A DNA stretch of 64,000 nucleotides from the NCBI GenBank assembly GCA_963724295.1, contig CAVRUC010000002.1, forward strand, positions 1 through 64,000, in the 5' to 3' direction. The notes beneath the pieces were generated by a model. It searched no databases. It was not told the origin of the DNA and saw nothing but the letters and a program-made list of their open reading frames with translations. Each line of letters begins with the position of its first letter. The first letter of the stretch is position 1. Shown here in pieces: positions 57,901 to 64,000 of the stretch. Origin of the DNA: an uncultured Chloroflexia bacterium. GTDB taxonomy: Bacteria; Chloroflexota; Chloroflexia; Thermomicrobiales; UBA6265. Made by a program: the position numbers and the translations under genes.

Positions 57901-59040
57901 ATGATGAGCGTGGGTAGTAGTCCCGGTCACGTGCGGCACGAATCTCACGCCGAGAGCGAACAGAGCTCGGTCGATCCTCCAGCCGAGCCCATCCGCACGC
58001 CAGGTTCTCACGTGCTTGTGACGAAGACGCAGATCGAGCTCCCCGTCGCCACGATTCTGAAAGTCCTCGTCACGATCGGGTTGCTCCTGATCCTCGGCCA
58101 AATCTGGCAAATCCTGCTTCTGGTCTTTATCGGGTTGTTCGTTGCCATGGTCCTGGCCCGACCCGTTTCATGGCTGCAAGCACGCGGGTTACCGCGCGGG
58201 ATCGCCATCTCGCTCGTGCTCGGAACCGTAATCGGCATCGTCGTGATCGTTCTCTGGTACGTGACGCCGGGGCTCGTCACCGAATTGCGCGAGTTCTGGA
58301 TCCGGTTGCCGAACTACGTCGAAACCGCGCTGGCTTTGACCGCCAGCCGCTGGCCCGACTTCTACGAGCAGGCCGTGGCATGGGCCGAGGATCAACAGAG
58401 CGGGCTGAACAGGGGTGGCTTTGATGTGCGGAGCGTGCTCTCGCAGGGTCGGGATCTCATTACGGGGTTCTTCAACGTCCTTCTCATGCTGATCATCGCC
58501 GTCTACATCCTTGCCGACGAGGGCAGGTCCCTGGAGGGGATCTACCAGTGGATGCCGCATCATCATGCCAGCAAACTGCGGCGCACGTTCCCTGCCGTAA
58601 CCAATGTCGTCAACGCGTATGTCGTCGGCCAGGGAATCAACTCGACATTGTTTGCTCTCTTTTCACTGATCCTGCTCACTGCCTTGAACGTGCCCTCGGC
58701 TGTCGTCCTGGCCCTGATCGCGGCGATCGGTGACGCGATCCCGCAGATAGGGGTAACCCTGGCGACGATTCCGGCGGTGCTCCTCGCCTTGACCCAATCC
58801 CTCGAAGCTGCCCTTATTGTCCTGGCCGGCTACTTCATTTATCAGCAGGTCGAGAACTACGTAACCTCGCCTCGGGTATTCAGCCGCACGCTGCAACTGC
58901 GTCCCCTGGTGACACTCCTCGCCGTCCTCATCGGTGGCAAGCTGCTCGGGATAATTGGGATCCTGTTCGCCTTACCAGTGGCTGCCGCCATTCCGACGGT
59001 CGCCGCAATCTGGTTGGAGGACGACACCAGGGCCGCGTAG
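57901..59040 (+). CDS. AI-2E family transporter
   Basis: YVVGQG, IPQIG, YQQVENYVTSPRV and GGKLLGIIGILFALP; multi-TM. Confidence 0.93.
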   Translation: MMSVGSSPGHVRHESHAESEQSSVDPPAEPIRTPGSHVLVTKTQIELPVATILKVLVTIGLLLILGQIWQILLLVFIGLFVAMVLARPVSWLQARGLPRGIAISLVLGTVIGIVVIVLWYVTPGLVTELREFWIRLPNYVETALALTASRWPDFYEQAVAWAEDQQSGLNRGGFDVRSVLSQGRDLITGFFNVLLMLIIAVYILADEGRSLEGIYQWMPHHHASKLRRTFPAVTNVVNAYVVGQGINSTLFALFSLILLTALNVPSAVVLALIAAIGDAIPQIGVTLATIPAVLLALTQSLEAALIVLAGYFIYQQVENYVTSPRVFSRTLQLRPLVTLLAVLIGGKLLGIIGILFALPVAAAIPTVAAIWLEDDTRAA

Positions 59041-59220
59041 TGCGGCGCACGTGGGCCGCGCGGACGGCTTGCCAGGCAATCAACCGGATCGTCGTCGGAT
59101 CACCGAAGCGTGCGCCGGCGGTGCCGCCTGGGCCACGTCGACTCGACCTCGACAAGAAGTAGCGGGGAGGTCTTTACCTCCCCGCCCACTCCGTTCCCTA
59201 TCGCTAGACTGCGTTGGTAA

Positions 59221-59445
59221 CTAGCGGTGCGCGCGGCGTCGCCGGCGACGATTATCGTCACGCCGCCGATCGTCCCGGCCACCGCCGCCACTTCCGTGAT
59301 CATCGCCGTGCTCTCTCTCCCTGGCTGAGGCGCCTGTCAGGCTAGCCAGCCCCAGGCTGGTGGCGAGCAGCGCTGCCCCCAGCTGGACAACGTCTCGCCG
59401 TGTCCGCGGCTGCTCTTGATCGGTATAGATCTCGTTTTCCATCAT
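59221..59445 (-). CDS. Small Tat-signal protein with Asp/Arg-rich mature peptide
   Basis: RTRRDVVQLGAALLATSLGLASLTGASA-REREHGDDHGSGGGGRDDRRRDDNRRRRRRAHR; GGGAGA upstream. Confidence 0.6.
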   Translation of the reverse strand: MMENEIYTDQEQPRTRRDVVQLGAALLATSLGLASLTGASAREREHGDDHGSGGGGRDDRRRDDNRRRRRRAHR

Positions 59446-59721
59446 CCTGGACTTCTCCCGATCTCTGGTGAGCGCGCCGTTCCGATCCCGCCCGGGTGGT
59501 TCGGCATCGACTCGTAAATCCAACGTTCTTAGTCTGCGCCCGGGCGCGTCGGTTGAACACGGACTTTCGGTGCGATCCTCGCTCCGTATTAGGCCGGTGT
59601 CGATTCCGACCAAAGTCGGATGCGGCATCCACGACATTGCCATTCACGGTGCTCTGGACCTCCGTGTGCTACGTGGCACGGATATGCTGATCGCCAACGA
59701 CTGGTGGAGGAAAAGTCCCCG

Positions 59722-60972
59722 ATGGAAGCGATTCCGCACGAAACAGAGCTCATCGCCACCATTGCCGTCGGGTTGAGCGCCGCGTTTGTCGGTGGTCTGA
59801 TCGCGCATCGCTTCCGCTTACCAACCCTCATCGGGTACTTGCTTGCTGGCGTGGCCCTTGGCCCATTCACCCCTGGCTTCGTGGCCGACACTCACCTGGC
59901 GCCACAGCTCGCCGAGATCGGTGTGATCCTGCTCATGTTTGGCGTGGGCAACCATTTCTCGATCGGCGATCTCCTTGCCGTGCGTCGCATCGCAGTGCCC
60001 GGAGCCATCGGTCAGGTCGCTTTCGCCACCACCCTCAGCTTCGCGCTGACCCGGTTGTGGGGCTGGGACGTTGGGGCTGGCCTCGTCTTTGGCCTTGCGC
60101 TGTCCGTGGCCAGCACCGTCGTCCTCTTGCGGGCTCTGGAGGCGCGGGGTCAGCTCGCGACGGATGCGGGGAGAGTGGCGGTCGGCTGGTTGCTCGTCGA
60201 GGATCTGATCACGGTCGTGGTCCTGGTGCTCCTGCCAGCGCTCGCTCCGTTTCTGCAGCCGGAGACGCCTGGTCTGGCTGGCGCCCCGGATCTGGGCGCT
60301 CTCGGCGTCATCCTGCTCCTGACATTCGCCAAGGTGGCGGTGTTCATCGGACTCATGCTCGTCGGCGGTGTGCGCGTGATCCCCTGGATCCTGCGCCGTG
60401 TGGAGGCGACCGGCTCCCGCGAGCTCTTCATCCTGGCGATCCTGGCCATCGCCCTCGGCATCGCCTACGGCGCGGCAGAGCTCTTCGGCGTCTCATTCGC
60501 TCTCGGTGCGTTCGTGGCTGGCGTCGTCGTCAACGAATCCGAGTTCAGTCACCGCGCCGCGGAGGAAGCGATGCCGATGCGGGACGCCTTTGCCGTCCTC
60601 TTCTTCGTCTCGGTCGGGATGCTGATCGATCCGGCCTTCCTGGTGGCCGACATCGGGCGCATCCTCGCCGTAGTGGCGATCATCATGGTGGGGAAGGGCG
60701 TCGCGGCGCTGGTGATTGTCCGGCTGCTGGGCGGAGCGACAGAGACGGGGCTGGTCGTCGCGGCGGGTCTCTCCCAGGTGGGGGAGTTCTCGTTCATCCT
60801 CGCCACCATGGGCATGGCGCTCGGTCTCCTCCCGGTCGAGGGAAACAATCTCATTCTGGCCGGCGCCCTCGTCTCGATCACCCTCAATCCGCTGCTTTTC
60901 GCGGCGGTCGAGCCGTTGCGCGACCGAATGATGCGTCGATCCCAACTCCCCCAGCAGGTCAGCAACGCCTAG
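59722..60972 (+). CDS. CPA2 cation:proton antiporter (YbaL/KefB-like), lacking the C-terminal TrkA-N domain
   Basis: GYLLAGV..GPFTPGFVAD..LAEIGVILLMFGVG, SVASTVV, LVEDL, RDAFAVLFFVSVGM and SQVGEFSFIL. Confidence 0.93.
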   Translation: MEAIPHETELIATIAVGLSAAFVGGLIAHRFRLPTLIGYLLAGVALGPFTPGFVADTHLAPQLAEIGVILLMFGVGNHFSIGDLLAVRRIAVPGAIGQVAFATTLSFALTRLWGWDVGAGLVFGLALSVASTVVLLRALEARGQLATDAGRVAVGWLLVEDLITVVVLVLLPALAPFLQPETPGLAGAPDLGALGVILLLTFAKVAVFIGLMLVGGVRVIPWILRRVEATGSRELFILAILAIALGIAYGAAELFGVSFALGAFVAGVVVNESEFSHRAAEEAMPMRDAFAVLFFVSVGMLIDPAFLVADIGRILAVVAIIMVGKGVAALVIVRLLGGATETGLVVAAGLSQVGEFSFILATMGMALGLLPVEGNNLILAGALVSITLNPLLFAAVEPLRDRMMRRSQLPQQVSNA

Positions 60973-61044
60973 CGCGCGCCACGGGACAGCTCCAGGCAAT
61001 CATCGCCACCGGCATCTGGTCCACCTGAGGAAATGGGAAACGAG

Positions 61045-61995
61045 CTACTGTGCGGGCGCCGGAACTCCCACGGACGTCGGCGCCGGTGATTCCTGCTCCA
61101 CGCGCCGCTGGGGCAACGTGCGGCGGGCGCCGTCGGCGAGGGCGGCGAAGAGGAGCGCCATCAGCGCGGCGTGGCTGAGCGTGCTTGCCAGCGAGAGGCG
61201 AGAGAAAATGACGAACGCGCCGGCGGCCGCCTGGGCGATGACGAACACGAACGCCCAGACACTGATGCGGTAGAGATCCGGGCGCGCTGCCTTGAATCGC
61301 CGCGACCAGACCACCAGCCAGGCCACCAGCCCGAGCGCGATCAACGCCGCCAGGCGATGGCTCCAGGCGACGGCGACGCCGGGGCTCGAGAGATCGGGGA
61401 GCAGCGAGCCATTGCAGAGCGGCCACGTGTAGCAGGCGAGCTCCGCGCCGGAGTGGCGCAGATAGGCGCCGATGTAGGCCGTGACGACCGCCCAGAGCAG
61501 GGAAACCCAGGCCAGACTCCGGTACCCCGATGGCACCGCGCGGGTGGCGGCCGCGGAGATCGGCGTGGTCTCCCAGAGCACGCGCATGACCAGGAAGACC
61601 AAGGCAAAGCAGACCAGGGAGATGCCGAAGTGCGACGCCATCACCGGCGGCGTCTGCGGATACTTCACCGCCCAGGCGCCCATTCCCGATTGCAGGACGA
61701 GCGTGAACAGTGTCAGTGGGATGAGTGCTTTCAGCTCGGGATAGCGGCGGCGCAGCGGAAAGGCGGTCACTGACATGCCCAGGATGAGCAGACCTTCGAC
61801 GCCGGTGACGAGCCGGTGGGAGTACTCGACCATCGTCTCGAAGGCGTACTCGGGGATGAACTCGCCGTGGCAGAGCGGCCAGGACGTGCCGCACCCCTCG
61901 CTCGAGCCGGTATTGGTCACGGTCGAGCCCATCAGCAGCACGATGAACATGCCGACCGTCGCCGCCACCGCCAGCCATTTCGCCGCTCGTTTCAT
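61045..61995 (-). CDS. ctaA: Heme A synthase (COX15/CtaA family)
   Basis: GCGTSWPLCHG, EYSHRL, ACYTWPLCNG, WSHRL and SHAALM; 8 TM segments. The start could instead be TTG 62037. Confidence 0.92.
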   Translation of the reverse strand: MKRAAKWLAVAATVGMFIVLLMGSTVTNTGSSEGCGTSWPLCHGEFIPEYAFETMVEYSHRLVTGVEGLLILGMSVTAFPLRRRYPELKALIPLTLFTLVLQSGMGAWAVKYPQTPPVMASHFGISLVCFALVFLVMRVLWETTPISAAATRAVPSGYRSLAWVSLLWAVVTAYIGAYLRHSGAELACYTWPLCNGSLLPDLSSPGVAVAWSHRLAALIALGLVAWLVVWSRRFKAARPDLYRISVWAFVFVIAQAAAGAFVIFSRLSLASTLSHAALMALLFAALADGARRTLPQRRVEQESPAPTSVGVPAPAQ

Positions 61996-62023
61996 GGGAG
62001 GAAGTGTAGCGGGTGGTGGGGGT

Positions 62024-62196
62024 GTCGCTGCGCTCAAGGGGGCGCTGCGCTGAGGGGGGCGGCCGCAAGCGGCCTGAGGGGGGATGAGGGGGAGAAGGAC
62101 GAAGGGCGAGGAACGCTCTGGTCGTGCTCCTCGTCTCCCTCATCCCCCTTGAGCGAAGCGACCCCCTTTCTCCCCCCTCAGCGAAGCGCCCCCCTC
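62024..62196. repeat. Palindromic G/C-run repeat, family 2 (copy A)
   Basis: GTCGCTGCGCTCAAGGGG..CCCCCTTGAGCGAAGCGAC and GGGGCGCTGCGCTGAGGGGGG..CCCCCCTCAGCGAAGCGCCCC. Inverted homolog at 63087-63236. Confidence 0.85.
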
Positions 62197-63090
62197 TTAC
62201 TCTCTCGCCAGCACCTCCCGCGCCTGAGCCTTGTCGATCTGCATCTGGGCGATGAGATCGTCGAGGGAGTCGAAGCGGGCGTCGGGGCGAATGCGCTCCA
62301 GGAGATCGGTGGCAAGCGTCTTCCCGTAGAGGTCGCCGTCGAAATCGAGCAGGTGCGTCTCGACCATGCGCTCCCCGCCATCGACGGTCGGCCGGCTGCC
62401 CACGTAGGCGATCGCTGGTCGGGATGTTTCATCGCCTGGCAGCCAGCCCCACGCGGCGTAGATGCCGTCCGCCAGCGGCGCCAGCCCGTCGGGCGGGACG
62501 ACGTTAGCGGTTGGGAATCCAATCTCGCGTCCCAGGTGCTGACCGTGGACGACCTCGCCGGCCACGCGGAACGGGCGCCCCAGCAGGCGCCGCGCCGTGG
62601 CGACGTCGCCGTTCATCACCGCGGCGCGCACGCGCGAGGAGGAGACGACTTCCGTACCGTTCGTCAGCCGGGGTACGGCGACCACGCGAAACCCGAGGTC
62701 GGCCCCGATCTGTGCCAGGCGCTCGACTGTCCCGGCGCGGTCCTTCCCCAGCGCGAACCCCTCGCCGACCCACAGCTCGCGCAGCCCGGTCTTCTCCTTC
62801 AGCCATGCCATGAACTCCTCCGGCGACCACCGCGAGAGCTCCGGGGTGAAGGGGACGACCACGATCTCGTCGAGACCGGCCTCGGCGAGCTGCGCCATCT
62901 TCTCTTCGGGCGTCGAGATGCGGCCGGAGAACGCCTCAGGTCGCAGCACTGCCGCTGGGACCGGCTCGAAGGTGACGCCGGTGACGGGGAGATCGAGCTC
63001 CTGACCCCGCTGCACCGCCTGATCGAGCAGGCGACGATGCCCGCGGTGGACACCGTCGAAGGTGCCGATCGTGACGACGCGTTCACGAGG
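62197..63090 (-). CDS. ribF: Bifunctional riboflavin kinase / FAD synthetase (no own start codon visible)
   Basis: Extending the 62197-63015 ORF upstream gives PRERVVTIGTFDGVHRGH; also VSSSRVR, GREIGFPTAN, VGSRPT and VETHLLDFDGDLYG. Confidence 0.95.
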   Translation of the reverse strand, partial: PRERVVTIGTFDGVHRGHRRLLDQAVQRGQELDLPVTGVTFEPVPAAVLRPEAFSGRISTPEEKMAQLAEAGLDEIVVVPFTPELSRWSPEEFMAWLKEKTGLRELWVGEGFALGKDRAGTVERLAQIGADLGFRVVAVPRLTNGTEVVSSSRVRAAVMNGDVATARRLLGRPFRVAGEVVHGQHLGREIGFPTANVVPPDGLAPLADGIYAAWGWLPGDETSRPAIAYVGSRPTVDGGERMVETHLLDFDGDLYGKTLATDLLERIRPDARFDSLDDLIAQMQIDKAQAREVLARE

Positions 63091-63236
63091 GGGGAGAGGG
63101 GGGAAGGGGGGTCGCTTCGCTCCCGGGGGGATGAGGAGACGGACGACGGAGGAGGCGTGCTTTCGTCGTGCTCCTTCTCCCCCTCTTCCCCCCTCAGGCC
63201 GCGTGTGGCCGCCCCCCTCAGCGTAGCGCCCCCCTC
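63087..63236. repeat. Palindromic G/C-run repeat, family 2 (copy B) at the truB/ribF junction
   Basis: The reverse complement GGGGGCGCTACGCTGAGGGGGGCGGCCACACGCGGCCTGAGGGGGGAAGAGGGGGAGAAGGA..CTCATCCCCCCGGGAGCGAAGCGACCCCCC matches copy A. Confidence 0.85.
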
Positions 63237-64000
63237 GGCAACGACCTTGCGCGGACGCCAGCCGGAGCCGTCAGGCGTGGCCTCGCCGGTGCCGAGCCAC
63301 TCGCCAGCAGCGTCATAGACCCGGATGGGACCTGAGACAGGGTGGTCGGCGGGGATCGGCGAGCCCTGTCGCCAGTGGCGCGAGGCATCCTCGTCGAGGA
63401 CGAGCGCCGGCCACGTTTCCACCGGAATATCGGGGTGCATAGCCACCCAGGGCCAGGACCAGGGAAGCTCGACCTGCGTCAGCTCCTCGATGGTGATGGC
63501 CTGGCAGAGATGGAACGGACCGGCGCGCAGCCGGACGAGATTGGAGAGGTAGGCGCCGGTCCCCAGTTCTGCTCCGAGATCGCGCGCCAGGGCCCGGATG
63601 TAGGTCCCTTTCGAGCAATCGACGAGCAGGGTCGCGACGGGAGGGTTCCACTCCAGCATCTCCAGGCAGGAGAACGTCACGGGTCGCGGCGAGCGAGGGA
63701 TCTCCTCACCGCGGCGCGCCAGATCGTAGAGCTTCTGGCCACCGACCTTGATCGCGGCGTGCATCGGGGGTACTTGCTCGCCGGAGCCGCGAAAGCGCGC
63801 CAGCACCGCTTCGATAGCGTCCGCGGTCAGCTCCGCGGTACCGGCGATACGGGTGACACGACCCTCGATATCGTGGCTGTCGGTCTCGACGCCGAAGGTC
63901 ACGTCGGCCAGGTAGGTCTTGGAGGCGTCGTTGAGGAATTCCAGCGTCTTCGTGGCCATGCCAACCGCGAGCGGCAGCACCCCGGTCGCGGCCGGATCGA
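63237..64000 (-). CDS. truB: tRNA pseudouridine(55) synthase TruB (5' end outside window; no stop before ribF)
   Basis: DPAATGVLP, KTYLA..FGVETDS, QVPPMHAAIKVGGQKLYDLARRG and CSKGTYIRALARDLG, then a PUA-like C-terminus. Confidence 0.96.

Noticed and set aside
59461..59720. Riboswitch upstream of the CPA2 antiporter (hairpin TCCGAC-CAAA-GTCGGA) and a fourth TGTCGATT promoter
   Set aside because: No c-di-AMP, Na+ or fluoride riboswitch consensus recognised, and TGTCGA is not followed by CGAC at 17 nt.
62799..63090. Long C-terminal extension of TruB as given in the ORF track
   Set aside because: Beyond 63090 it is simply an out-of-frame read of ribF.
40878..63236. CRISPR array interpretation of the intergenic repeats
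   Set aside because: The copies are dispersed, modular and palindromic, with no regular repeat-spacer period and no cas genes.
1..64000. tRNA, rRNA, prophage or integrase-based island
   Set aside because: No cloverleaf or rRNA motifs, phage structural genes or intact integrase were recognised by eye. The excisionase-like HTH is part of a regulator.

Overview
High-GC (roughly two-thirds G+C by eye) bacterial chromosomal segment. Gene content suggests Chloroflexota, probably Thermomicrobiales; this is inference from the cyclase/LuxR STAND-TPR proteins, an MDxxRFDxLxR Cys-rich Tat protein and ATP/ATPV-linker secreted hydrolases. Bases 1-37 kb are accessory. They hold a metallophosphoesterase, a DUF2441-like (ADP-ribosyltransferase-fold) protein, a DUF6166-like protein, an HNH nuclease, a cyclase-STAND-TPR protein and a YpfJ-type peptidase. 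An 8 kb secreted-hydrolase cassette is bracketed by two DoxX copies, followed by a Cys-rich Tat protein, an HTH-STAND-LuxR regulator, transporters, methyltransferases and many decayed gene fragments including an IS110 tail. Bases 37-64 kb are more housekeeping: two stand-alone response regulators, prfC, oxidoreductases, an enolase-family enzyme, a ureohydrolase, a DUF4258/DUF2283 pair, a CPA2 antiporter, ctaA, ribF and truB. Highlights: (1) three copies of a TGTCGATT-N13-AACGACTA ECF42-type promoter; (2) DoxX direct repeats with a ~287 bp identical core; (3) a hydrolase-M23-hydrolase triple fusion; (4) modular palindromic intergenic repeats with GCGNAGC mini-hairpins, one of which fills the truB/ribF junction and may encode the linker of a TruB-RibF fusion. 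Many single-base frameshifts, often in homopolymers, point to long-read consensus errors, so frameshift-based claims need read-level checks. No rRNA, tRNA or CRISPR array was recognised. All family calls are from motif recognition by eye, not database searches.
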